Shown here in pieces: positions 20,186-29,669 of a DNA stretch of 32,000 nt. Source of the DNA: Paramicrosporidium saccamoebae KSL3 (Eukaryota; Fungi; Cryptomycota); assembly GCA_002794465.1 (NCBI GenBank), contig MTSL01000178.1, forward strand, positions 154,990-186,989. The letters are read 5' to 3'. The position numbers and the translations under genes are program-made. How positions within the stretch are numbered: the stretch's first letter is position 1; each line of letters opens with the position of its first letter. Under the pieces are notes generated by a model. That model ran no database searches. It was not told where the DNA came from and worked only from the letters and a program-made list of their open reading frames with translations.

Positions 20186-22405
20186 ATGAGTCAGAGCAGT
20201 GAGAATCATCCGTATGCGTCACAGTGGAAGCAGCCGGAGGAGAAACGACCAGAGCTAGTGGTTTATAACAGTCTTACGCGCACAAAGGTCCCGTTTAGAC
20301 CGGCTGAAGGCAATAGTGTTCGCTGGTACAATTGCGGCCCTACCGTCTATGATGCTTCCCATATCGGCCATGCTCGCAACTATGTCACCTTTGACATCAT
20401 CCGGCGCATTTTAGAAGATTATTTTAACTATGATGTTACGCTAGTTATGAATATTACTGATATTGATGACAAGATTATCCTGCGGGCGAGACAGGCGCAC
20501 TTGGTGGCCGAGCATCGCAAGGAGAACCCCGTGGTCACGGAAAAGCTGCTGGGAGAGCTCAAGGAGGCCCTTGGAGGGTTCCTACAAAGCAAGCTGGGTA
20601 TTAGTGAGGACGGCTGGGTGGTGCTGGAGCAGCAACTTGGTGTTCCATCAGAGAGTTCTGAGGAAAGTGATGCTAAGAAGAGAATGCACTTCAAGACTGC
20701 CCAAAAGGGTCGACTAGCCCTCAACGACACCAAGGTTGGTGATGAGTCTTCCAATCTATTGGATTCGTTCCAAGATATTATGGCCGTCGTCTTGGATGGA
20801 AAGTTTGGTGCGTCAGTGACTGACCAAAAGATCTTTAGAGACTTGGCTGCATATTGGGAGGATGAGTATTTAAAAGACATGGCTGCGCTTAATGTTCGCC
20901 CTGCCAGCTTGATGACTCGTGTGACGGAATTTGTGCCCCAGGTGATTGACTGCATTCAGGAGATTATTAAAAACGGTTACGCCTATGAAGCGCAGGGATC
21001 TGTGTATTTTGATGTTGGAGGCTTTGGTGGTGGAGAAAAGGGGCATTTGTACGCCAAGTTGTGTCCTTGGTCGGCGGGAAATTGCAAGTTTTTCGAAGAA
21101 GGCGAGGGTGCCCTTGGAATGAAGCTTGCTGGTAAAAAGGACCCGCGTGATTTTGCTCTGTGGAAGGCAAGCAAGGAAGGCGAGCCGGTATGGGACTCTC
21201 CCTGGGGGTCTGGCCGACCTGGCTGGCACATTGAATGCTCTGCGATGGCTGCAGCTGTCGTTCCAGGGGTTCTGGACATCCATTCGGGCGGGATTGATCT
21301 TGCGTTCCCTCACCATGACAATGAACTTGCCCAGGCGGAGGCTTACTATGAGTGTTCTCAATGGGTCAATTATTTCATGCATGCCGGCCACGTCCACATT
21401 GAGGGGCACAAGATGAGCAAATCGTTGAAGAATTTCATCACAATTCGGGAATCGCTTGAACGGTACACGTCCAGCCAACTCCGTATCATGTTCCTTCAAC
21501 ACCAATGGCACGCCCCCGTCTTCTACCGAGAGTCATCAATGACCACAGCCATTGCGGTGGAATCGCTCTTTTTCAACTTTTTCAACAACATTGCCGCCCA
21601 TCTCCGTGCTGCTCAGTCTGCCCCTCCATGCTCTGTGGAGCGCGGGGAGAGAGACTTGATAGATTTGCTCACGGAAGTGAGGAACAAGGTGCATATTGCG
21701 CTTTGCGACAACTTTGACACTCCAGCCGTACTGGGACAATTGCAAGAATTGGTGAATCGGACAAATATTTATATCCAGTCCCAGCCAACCCCCAATGCCT
21801 ATGTTCTCCGGATGGTCGGTAAATTTGTTAAAAAGATGCTAAAGACGTTTGGCGTCATTGCAGAGAGTGGAGACGATTTCGCCATAGAAGCATCTGGCAC
21901 GGGCAGCCAAGACGTCTGGGAGACTGTTGGTCCAATTCTCGAAATTGTTTCTGAATACCGCGACCAAATCCGCTCCACAGTCCTAGAAAAGAAGGATTGC
22001 AACGAGTTGCTCAACCTCAGCGACACCGTTCGTAACAAGTTGACTGATCTGGGAGTCATTTTTGAAGATCGTCCTGGCAAAAGCACACTAGTCAAGCTGG
22101 TCAACAAGGAAACTGTAGCCAAAATGAAGGCGGATCAGGATGCGCGAGAAGTTGAGAAGCTAGCTCGCAAGCTGGAGATGGCTCGTATCAACGAAGCAAA
22201 GAAGGCTGAAAAGTTGGCCAAAGCTGCCATTGTGCCGAGTGAATTGTTCAAGAACAATGCCGAGTACTCCAAATTTGACGACCAAGGAGTCCCGACCCAT
22301 GATGCCACTGGCGAAGAGCTCTCAAAGAATGCACGCAAAAAAGCTGTCAAGGAGTATGAAACGCAAGTAGAATTACACCAAAAGTATCTTGATGGCAAGA
22401 TTTAA
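20186..22405 (+). CDS. CARS1: Cytosolic cysteinyl-tRNA synthetase
   Basis: CGPTVYDASHIGHARNY, NITDIDDKII, DFALWK, GRPGWHIECS, HSGGIDLAFPHHDNE, KMSKSLKNF. Confidence 0.98.
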   Translation: MSQSSENHPYASQWKQPEEKRPELVVYNSLTRTKVPFRPAEGNSVRWYNCGPTVYDASHIGHARNYVTFDIIRRILEDYFNYDVTLVMNITDIDDKIILRARQAHLVAEHRKENPVVTEKLLGELKEALGGFLQSKLGISEDGWVVLEQQLGVPSESSEESDAKKRMHFKTAQKGRLALNDTKVGDESSNLLDSFQDIMAVVLDGKFGASVTDQKIFRDLAAYWEDEYLKDMAALNVRPASLMTRVTEFVPQVIDCIQEIIKNGYAYEAQGSVYFDVGGFGGGEKGHLYAKLCPWSAGNCKFFEEGEGALGMKLAGKKDPRDFALWKASKEGEPVWDSPWGSGRPGWHIECSAMAAAVVPGVLDIHSGGIDLAFPHHDNELAQAEAYYECSQWVNYFMHAGHVHIEGHKMSKSLKNFITIRESLERYTSSQLRIMFLQHQWHAPVFYRESSMTTAIAVESLFFNFFNNIAAHLRAAQSAPPCSVERGERDLIDLLTEVRNKVHIALCDNFDTPAVLGQLQELVNRTNIYIQSQPTPNAYVLRMVGKFVKKMLKTFGVIAESGDDFAIEASGTGSQDVWETVGPILEIVSEYRDQIRSTVLEKKDCNELLNLSDTVRNKLTDLGVIFEDRPGKSTLVKLVNKETVAKMKADQDAREVEKLARKLEMARINEAKKAEKLAKAAIVPSELFKNNAEYSKFDDQGVPTHDATGEELSKNARKKAVKEYETQVELHQKYLDGKI

Positions 22406-22658
22406 TTACCTTAATAAACAACTGTTAGCGCGTGAATGCTGTGGTCTGAGTTTAAGGGATTGCAATATCAAAAAAGGATCCGGCTTATATACGACATTAT
22501 ACCCCCACAGAAACAGATAGAGGTCCAATAACCCTACTAAAAGTGTCGTTACTCTGAATTCATGGTCATGGTGAGGTTGTTGTAAAGACCCTTTATTGGT
22601 ATCCCCGGCCCGTAGTTGTAGTAACTCACAGTCAAAAGTTTGATAAATTGGGGTTTAT

Positions 22659-23075
22659 TTAGTCAGACCAGTCATCGTCATCATCGCTTTCAGTATCTAC
22701 AAGGTACTTGCGTCTGTTGGCCAAGGCAGACTGAATAGAATTTTGGGTACTACTCACTGGCTTTTCCGCTTTTCCCGCGGCCTTTAACTTTTTGCCCTCT
22801 CTGATTTGACCCAGCAAGTCATCGCGGCCGTCTGGAGCATAGCTTTGTTCCATTTGAGACAAGGGTGGAGGAGGGGGAGGTAGCGATACTGGAGGGGGTG
22901 GAGGCGGAGGAGGGATACGATTCATTGGTGGTGGCGGGGGGACCCGAGATTGGGGTGTTGATGGGAATACATCTTGCCGTAGATGGACCAAGTCACCCGC
23001 AGCCTCAAAATTGTCCTGTACAGGATCTGTGCTGACCAAACACCAAAGTAATGCGAGTTGCAGAGTCAATTTCAT
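22659..23075 (-). CDS. Putative secreted WASP/WAVE-like protein: signal peptide + polyproline + WH2 + Central + Acidic (VCA)
   Basis: MKLTLQLALLWCLVST signal-like N-terminus; three polyproline runs; GRDDLLGQIREGKKLK (WH2); SIQSALANRRKYL (C helix); ESDDDDDWSD* (acidic tail with Trp). Confidence 0.85.
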   Translation of the reverse strand: MKLTLQLALLWCLVSTDPVQDNFEAAGDLVHLRQDVFPSTPQSRVPPPPPMNRIPPPPPPPPVSLPPPPPPLSQMEQSYAPDGRDDLLGQIREGKKLKAAGKAEKPVSSTQNSIQSALANRRKYLVDTESDDDDDWSD

Positions 23076-23101
23076 TACTGATGCATCTAATTCACAGGAT
23101 G

Positions 23102-23111
23102 CTTATATAAA
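23102..23111. promoter_or_regulatory. Palindromic TATA element in the divergent promoter of the two VCA genes
   Basis: CTTATATAAG is a perfect 10-bp palindrome giving TATATAA on both strands, in the 134-bp gap between ATG 23075 (-) and ATG 23210 (+). Confidence 0.5.
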
Positions 23112-23209
23112 GTTTTTGGATCATTGGTTGGTTGAAATATACAAAGTTGCTGATTGGCCGAAATGATGTAAACAGAAGCTATATCAGGGTCTCGTGGGTC
23201 TATACCATC

Positions 23210-24940
23210 ATGATGGTGCTCAATCTTGCCATTCTCCTGTCAATGCTATGTGTGCAGTCCAATGCCGCGTACACGGAACAAGACATGCAAGATGCGTTGA
23301 ACCTGGGAGCAATCTGCAATCCCCATGTTCTGCCTCTTGCCCTCGGCCGTTCGGGGGTAGACGGTCACGAGCGCAAATTAATGGCCTGCCACTTAATGGG
23401 GGACCATAAATGTGCCATGAAGGCGCTAAGAAAGTTAGAAAAGGTTGTGCCCGAATCGGTACTGTTAGAAAAGTACCGAGCGTTAGCTACTGGCACACAA
23501 GATGTCTATCCGATTACGCAGAGCGAAACGGGCAGAGCAGTTTTTAAAGCGATTGGAGAAGGAAACAATGAAGCGGCCTTTGGTATTCTCGCAGCGAATA
23601 ATGAAGGCCATGAGGACTTGTGGCTGGCAGTAACATTGGCATCATATCCTGGAATGTATTTTAATAGAGTCACCGATCAAGTGCTGGCGACTGGTGACGT
23701 TAGGAAGGATAAATTCCTTGCTGACGCAGTGCGTATGATATCTCAATTATCAGATGAACAGCTCACTCAACGCTATAAAGAGCTGAAAGGACAGCTTAGC
23801 GAGGAGATGGCAAGGAAAGAAATGTATGCGCATGCAGCAGCAGGAAAGCTGGAATTGGCAGGAAAGTATGCCAAGATGGTGACAAGTGGGCCATATGCCG
23901 AGGATGCAGCCCGACTCCGTGGAGCATCTCTCCTGTGTTCGTCCAAGTACGACAAGGCATTCCAAGTGTTCTCTGATGTGATTAACGCAAGATATGGTGG
24001 AGACAATGCAGCGGCACCTAGAGTGATACAACATGGCCTGTATTTGGCACAAAAGAAACCAGATCTGACCGCTGTTGGTGCATTGGCAGAACATGCCATT
24101 GCATCCGGAGTGGTAACTGATGTTCCTGGATTTCCAGCAGTCTCCCAATTCACATATCAAGCGGCGTCTGGGCCAATATCGAGCGGACCGACGATGGGTA
24201 TTCCCCCGCCACCCCCAATGACCCGTATCCCACCACCACCACCACCACCAATGAATCGTATCCCTCCTCCGCCTCCATTGACACAACCCGCCCCTATCTA
24301 TGCCTCTCCACCAAATTTCTCATCCGAAGATTTGCAGTTTGCACGCTCTACCCTGCGAGGCACACCAACAATGGAAAAGCCAACGAGCGGCCGACCATCG
24401 ATGGCCGAACTCCTTAGCGGGGCCAGAAATCTACGTCCCATTACGTCTAACCAGCCAGTAGTACCTCCCCGTAGTGGGTTGGAATCTACTCTCAGCGAAG
24501 GATTTGACAGGATGGCAAGTCAGTTTCGTTCTCAGCCACTCGACTCTGAGTTGACCTCATCTGATGATGACGACGACGACTGGGACACTAGTCCTGGAGA
24601 TGATTATGGCTCGGGATTCACGCCACTACAGTACTCTCCACCGCCTGCTTATGCGCAACCACCAATACAGTCTGTTTATGAACAACCACCAGTACAGCCT
24701 GCTTATGTGCAGCCATCGGTGCAGCCTTCTTATGCACAGCCCTCAACTGCGCATTCGATCTTTGGAGAACGAGTACGTCGTGCAGCACCTCGAGTGGCAC
24801 CACAAGTAGTTCCAACACAGCAGACATCCCCATTTGGTGCTACGCTGAATCGTGTGCAGCAGCCTGCGCCTATAGAGGCCCCAGTAAAGCAAGGACGTGC
24901 CAAGGGGTTTTCAAATATTAGAAATATGTTTGGCGGCTGA
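23210..24940 (+). CDS. Putative secreted protein: signal peptide, helical (TPR-like) domain, polyproline, WH2-like motifs, C/A region and Pro/Gln/Tyr-rich tail
   Basis: MMVLNLAILLSMLCVQSNA|AY signal peptide; PPPPPMTRIPPPPPPPMNRIPPPPP; SSEDLQFARSTLRGT and GRPSMAELLSGARNLRPI WH2-like; GLESTLSEGFDRMASQF C-like; SSDDDDDDWD acidic. Confidence 0.8.
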   Translation: MMVLNLAILLSMLCVQSNAAYTEQDMQDALNLGAICNPHVLPLALGRSGVDGHERKLMACHLMGDHKCAMKALRKLEKVVPESVLLEKYRALATGTQDVYPITQSETGRAVFKAIGEGNNEAAFGILAANNEGHEDLWLAVTLASYPGMYFNRVTDQVLATGDVRKDKFLADAVRMISQLSDEQLTQRYKELKGQLSEEMARKEMYAHAAAGKLELAGKYAKMVTSGPYAEDAARLRGASLLCSSKYDKAFQVFSDVINARYGGDNAAAPRVIQHGLYLAQKKPDLTAVGALAEHAIASGVVTDVPGFPAVSQFTYQAASGPISSGPTMGIPPPPPMTRIPPPPPPPMNRIPPPPPLTQPAPIYASPPNFSSEDLQFARSTLRGTPTMEKPTSGRPSMAELLSGARNLRPITSNQPVVPPRSGLESTLSEGFDRMASQFRSQPLDSELTSSDDDDDDWDTSPGDDYGSGFTPLQYSPPPAYAQPPIQSVYEQPPVQPAYVQPSVQPSYAQPSTAHSIFGERVRRAAPRVAPQVVPTQQTSPFGATLNRVQQPAPIEAPVKQGRAKGFSNIRNMFGG

Positions 24941-25005
24941 TGGTTTGGCACTGCAAAACTGTTAAATAAAGTTCTAGAGTATCTTGAATGTAGGAATTTG
25001 TCATT

Positions 25006-25089
25006 AGATTTGAGATTTGAGACTCGAAGTTTGAGATCCGAGATTTGAGATTCGAGTTTTGAGACTCGAGGTTTGAGATCCAAGATTCA
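25006..25089. repeat. 7-bp microsatellite-like array (AGATTTG variants, about 12 copies)
   Basis: agatttg agatttg agactcg aagtttg agatccg agatttg agattcg ... Confidence 0.85.
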
Positions 25090-25092
25090 TCG

Positions 25093-25176
25093 ACTCATAA
25101 ATTCGTCAATTCATCCACTCATAAGCTCGTCGATTCATCCACTCATAAACTCGTCAATTCCCCCACTCATAAACTC
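25093..25176. repeat. Minisatellite, about 3.5 x 24 bp
   Basis: actcataaattcgtcaattcatcc units at 25093, 25117, 25141 and a partial copy at 25165. Confidence 0.9.
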
Positions 25177-25228
25177 ACTAAAGTTATTCTTCACAAACAC
25201 ACAAAACCATGGTTTATTATGAAACAAC

Positions 25229-26248
25229 TTAGAAATCCGCGTCAAGAGTAAAGGTTTTGCTATCTCCACCCATCACACCAGCCTTTTGATACTCACCAAC
25301 CCGCTTCTCGAAAAAGTTGGTCTTTCCCTGGAGCGAAATCATGTCCATAAAGTCAAAGGGATTTTCGGCATTGTAGAATTTTGGCATTCCAAGGGAGACA
25401 AAGAGATGATCAGCAACAAATTCAATATAACGCGACATCATGGCGCAATTCATCCCAATAAGGGCAACTGGGAGGGCTTCAGTGAGGAACTCTTGTTCAA
25501 TGACCACCGCTTCGCAGATAATCTGACGGACAAGGAGAGGATCAGTCTTCTTTTGGAGGTAGCGGAAGAGGAGACAGGCAAAATCACAATGCAGTCCTTC
25601 GTCACGGCTGATCATCTCATTGGAAAATGTCAATCCAGCCATAAGGCCGCGCTTCTTGATCCAAAAGATGGCGGCAAAGGAGCCGGAGAAGAAGATGCCC
25701 TCGACAGCAGCAAACGCAACAAGACGCTCCCCAAATGATGCTTTGGGGTCCTCAATCCATTTCATAGCCCAATCGGCCTTTTTGCGAACACAGGGGATAG
25801 TGTCTACGGCACGGAACAGGAAATCTCGCTCGATGGGGTCCTTGATGTACGTGTCAATGAGGAGCGAGTAGACTTCGGAATGAATGTTCTCCATCATAAT
25901 CTGGAAGCCGTAGAAACAGCGGGCTTCGGGGAGCTGCACTTCTTTGCTGAAACGCACCACCAGGTTCTCATTGACGATGCCATCGCTAGCGGCAAAGAAG
26001 GCAAGGACTCGCGAGATGAAGAAGCGTTCATCATCAGTGAGCTTTTCCCAATCGTTAAGGTCCTTGGACAAGTCCACCTCTTCGGCTGTCCAGAAGGATG
26101 CCTCGGCCTTTTTGTAAAACTGCCAAATGTCCGGGTAGTTGATGGGGAAGAGGACGAATCGATTCGGGTTTGAGCGTAGCAGGATTTCCTGACTCTCGTC
26201 ATATTCGGTCGTCCCGGTGGATGTGGGGAATTTGTCGTCGGCGAGCAT
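25229..26248 (-). CDS. RNR2: Ribonucleotide reductase small subunit (class Ia beta)
   Basis: [40 protein letters not shown] (radical Tyr), [23 protein letters not shown] and C-terminal DADF; ATG at 26248. Confidence 0.98.
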   Translation of the reverse strand: MLADDKFPTSTGTTEYDESQEILLRSNPNRFVLFPINYPDIWQFYKKAEASFWTAEEVDLSKDLNDWEKLTDDERFFISRVLAFFAASDGIVNENLVVRFSKEVQLPEARCFYGFQIMMENIHSEVYSLLIDTYIKDPIERDFLFRAVDTIPCVRKKADWAMKWIEDPKASFGERLVAFAAVEGIFFSGSFAAIFWIKKRGLMAGLTFSNEMISRDEGLHCDFACLLFRYLQKKTDPLLVRQIICEAVVIEQEFLTEALPVALIGMNCAMMSRYIEFVADHLFVSLGMPKFYNAENPFDFMDMISLQGKTNFFEKRVGEYQKAGVMGGDSKTFTLDADF

Positions 26249-26659
26249 AGTGTGGAGATGCACTACCGCGGTTTCTTCCCGCGTTCCCTTTAAACGATTA
26301 CAAGTTGCCCGCCACGGGCCCTGATTGGGTCTCTTCCCGAAGAAGTTTTCATTGGCGGATAGCCAATTGGAGACTAGGTGGCCGTAGAAATAGGCGAGGC
26401 GAGGATAGATGTGAAAATTTAAAAAATGAATCGTCTCATTCAACCCCCTCATTTAAAGTGTCAAGTCGACCAGCTCGCTCAAACCGTTAATTTAACTTGC
26501 TCACTTAACCTATTCATCCAACCAACTAACCCATCTCCCCCCCCCCACACTCTTTCTCTTCTCCCCTCCGTCCTCACGGGGTATGCACAATGGACCACAA
26601 TGATTGGCCAGCATGGTTACATATTTGGTCAAAGGGCATTGACCGGAGGAACGAATGTG

Positions 26660-28771
26660 ATGCAGTATCTAACGCTGGCACTTTTTTTCATATTGGCCGT
26701 GTGGATTCAAGCTGTGGACATTGAAGTATGGCCACTCTTTCCATTGAGCGAGTCTGATCGTGAACAATGTCGTTCAGAGATATATTGCCAAGGTCCGCTC
26801 TTGGCGACAGTGCAGAGTAGCGACCTTTTCATTGACTGTAAACGGTTCGTTGACATGCCGGGAAAATATTCGGAGGATATAATTGTCAAGAATTTTGCAA
26901 AGCTTCCCAAGAATGCGTCAAAAGACGCAGTGATGGGCTTTGTGACGGACAACTTTGAGCGACCCGGCCACGACCTCCGAGTGGTTGTACCGGGCGACTG
27001 GATTGAAGAGCCACCGTCCATTAAAAAGATCAAGAACCACAGATTGAGGGAATTTGCCTTGGCCGTTCACTCGAAATGGAAGGCACTTGTTCGGATGGTC
27101 GATCCAGAAAAGACGTGTCAGGAGTGTGCTTCCAGCGTGCTGAAACTACCCCATCCTTTTGTCGTACCGGGTGGAAGGTTTAGAGAGTTGTATTACTGGG
27201 ATACGTTTTGGATTCTGGAGGGACTCTATGTCAGTGGCATGTGTGAGACGGCCCACATGAATATTAAAAATTTCCAGTGGATGATCAAGACGTATGGATT
27301 TATTCCGAATGGATCTCGGACTTATTATCTGAACAGGTCCCATCCGCCCTTGTTTACCATGATGGTGCGCAGGTATATGGATCAATGCGTACCTCTCAAG
27401 GAACAGAGCCAGTACATTAAGGAAATACTGCCCTATCTTGACCAGGAATACATGTTTTGGGACAAGTTTCGTTCCGTAAAACTCATGAACCCAACTGATC
27501 CTAAACGACCCTTCCGGATGAGTCGGTACCATGCAGACACCAATCTCCCTCGGCCTGAATCTTTTCTGCAAGATGTTCTAAGTGCGCAGACCAATGGACT
27601 CTCCACCGATGCTCGAAAAAGGCTGTTTCAACAGATTGCTACTGGGGCAGAGTCTGGATGGGATTTCAGTAGTCGTTGGTTCAATGGGTCAGCGACAAAC
27701 TTTACGTCAATTGTCACCTCGAATATCATTCCAGTCGACTTGAACTCCATCATGTATCGCAATGAGATGATCTTGGCCGACTTTCACGACTTGGGAGGCA
27801 CTCCTGCAAGCAGCAAGAGGTATGGAGAGCGGGCACAGAATAGACTAGAGGGGATCAAGACTTATTTATGGAAAAAGGACGAGTGGATTGACTATGATTT
27901 TGTGCGAAAAGTTTCAATGAATTCCGAAAAGACCTTTGTTGTCTCAAATCTCGCCGCTCTCTGGTATGGAGCATTTAGTGCGGCCGAGCTATCTCCCACG
28001 GCCATTGAAAGGATGCTGCAGAAATATTGGCATGTGCTGTGGGGCTATCCAGGCGGAATACCGATTGGCGAGGTCTCGTCTGGCCAGCAGTGGGATTTCC
28101 CAAATGTGTGGGCACCAATCCAGCTTCATTTCATCAACGTGTTTGAAGCACTGGCATCCAAGCTCCCTGATGGAGGTGCATTCTGGAAACGACGCGCAGT
28201 GGATGTAGCACAAAAGCTAATTAATACTACGTATTGCGGATACCACAATTACAAGCAATTTTTTGAAAAGTATCATGCGCAAGTGGTGGGCGAGCCTGGC
28301 GGCGGAGGAGAGTACATTGTCCAAGATGGATTTGGATGGACAAATGGAGTGATTCTGACAGTGCTCGATAGGTACAAGTAGCGATTGTCGCATTAATTGA
28401 TAGGTATTCACAGTACCTGACGGTGCCCGATTCGTGTCCCATCACAGTTCCTTCGGTATCATCGGGGTGAATTCTTTCTAATGTGCGAGTAGAGGGGACG
28501 TGAAGAGACAGACCAGGAGACGGGTCAAGAAGAGGTAGCCTTTCGTAAACGCGAAAGAACCAAAAGTATTGCTAGTTGGATCGACCAGCATCCATTTCTC
28601 AGCTTGTCCATATTGATCTTTGTGTTCCTGCTGCTGTCATTTTTGGTTACCCTCATCAAGGTCGCCCCATACGATCCAGTAGGCAGTAGATCCATGAGTG
28701 GGATCCTCCGGCAGCCCACACCGGCCCTCCTAACACCTCACATAGGAGATGATCCCGCCATATTAGTATAA
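26660..28771 (+). CDS. GH37 trehalase with signal peptide and, after splicing, a C-terminal transmembrane anchor
   Basis: MQYLTLALFFILAVWIQA signal; PGGRFRELYYWD, YYLNRSHPP, AESGWDFSSRW, QWDFPNVWAP, FEKY, GFGWTNG. Introns 28372-28403 and 28456-28492 add YSQYLTVPDSC... and FLSLSILIFVFLLLSFLVTLI, with stop at 28769-28771. Confidence 0.9.
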
Positions 28772-28779
28772 TACAATTG

Positions 28780-29646
28780 TTAATTCCATAAACGGGCAGT
28801 TCCATCTAATGAACATGTTAACAACCCAGACGTTTTGAGATGAACACTAACCGAAGTCACTGGAGCTGTGTGCTGCAATAGTTTTTGCTGCTGCTCACCG
28901 GTAAGCAGGTCCCAAATTAATAGACTGCCATCCTCGCTACCACCAGCAACATAAGCATCGTTATCTAATAGGGCGGCGTTGATGCGATATTTGAGGTTTG
29001 TGTGTCCGCTAAAAGTGTTTAACACAGAGCCGGATGAGGAGTCCATTAGACGGATAGCCGAGTCCAGTGACACGGCGAGGTATGCTAAGCAGTCCTCTGT
29101 GAACCGCACACAGGTGACTGACTTTTGAATGTCATCGACACGAAGCTGGCCCATCCGAATGTCGTAGCATCTCACATGACCATCGACACTTGCCGTTAGA
29201 ATCTGTTCGTCCTTTACATCCACGGACGTGACACTATCGCGGGCCTCTTCCAGGACCATTACGGGGAATCGACCCGTCCGGACGTCCCAAATCCGCACCG
29301 TCCGGTCATATGACGCAGAGACGGCCACCCTTCCAAAATGGACCGCATTAATGCGCTGATAATGGCCGGTAAATCGTCGAATAATGCGTTGGGTGGCGAC
29401 ATCCCAAAGAAAGAGGGTGCGGTCACCGCCGCCAGAGAGAAAGGTATCGCCAGAGGGAGAAATGGCGAGGTCGTAGACTTCCCAGGCATGGCCGCTGTAG
29501 GTGGAGACGTGTGCTCCAGTGTTGGAATTGTGAAGGTTAATGCGTTTATCGTGTCCTCCAGTCAGGACGTAGGTACCAGTCTGTTCAAAGACCCCACAGT
29601 ACACTGGTCCCTCATGGCCCCTAAAGACCCGAGTGCATACAGTCAT
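28780..29646 (-). CDS. WDR83: WD40 protein WDR83/MORG1-like
   Basis: Seven WD repeats; GHEGPV...YVLTGGHDK, YSGHAWEVYD, SASYDRTVRIWD and SVDGHVRCYDIRMG are typical of WDR83. Confidence 0.85.
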   Translation of the reverse strand: MTVCTRVFRGHEGPVYCGVFEQTGTYVLTGGHDKRINLHNSNTGAHVSTYSGHAWEVYDLAISPSGDTFLSGGGDRTLFLWDVATQRIIRRFTGHYQRINAVHFGRVAVSASYDRTVRIWDVRTGRFPVMVLEEARDSVTSVDVKDEQILTASVDGHVRCYDIRMGQLRVDDIQKSVTCVRFTEDCLAYLAVSLDSAIRLMDSSSGSVLNTFSGHTNLKYRINAALLDNDAYVAGGSEDGSLLIWDLLTGEQQQKLLQHTAPVTSVSVHLKTSGLLTCSLDGTARLWN

Positions 29647-29669
29647 GAGCCGTCCCTGGAAATTGTGTA

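Noticed and set aside
7083-25176. 22-26 bp repeat arrays at 7083, 12061, 16847 and 25093 as CRISPR arrays
   Set aside because: Units are directly adjacent with no unique spacers, there are no cas genes, and the DNA is eukaryotic.
23132-26659. Long N-terminal extensions from TTG or distal starts in the ORF track (23132, 26452, 26426)
   Set aside because: Downstream ATGs (23210, 26248, 26660) give proper signal peptides or family-typical N-termini; eukaryotic ATG initiation is assumed.
28525-28719. Minus-strand 64-aa ORF, and a neighbouring frame with an internal TGA
   Set aside because: The plus strand here is better explained as the final transmembrane exon of the trehalase.
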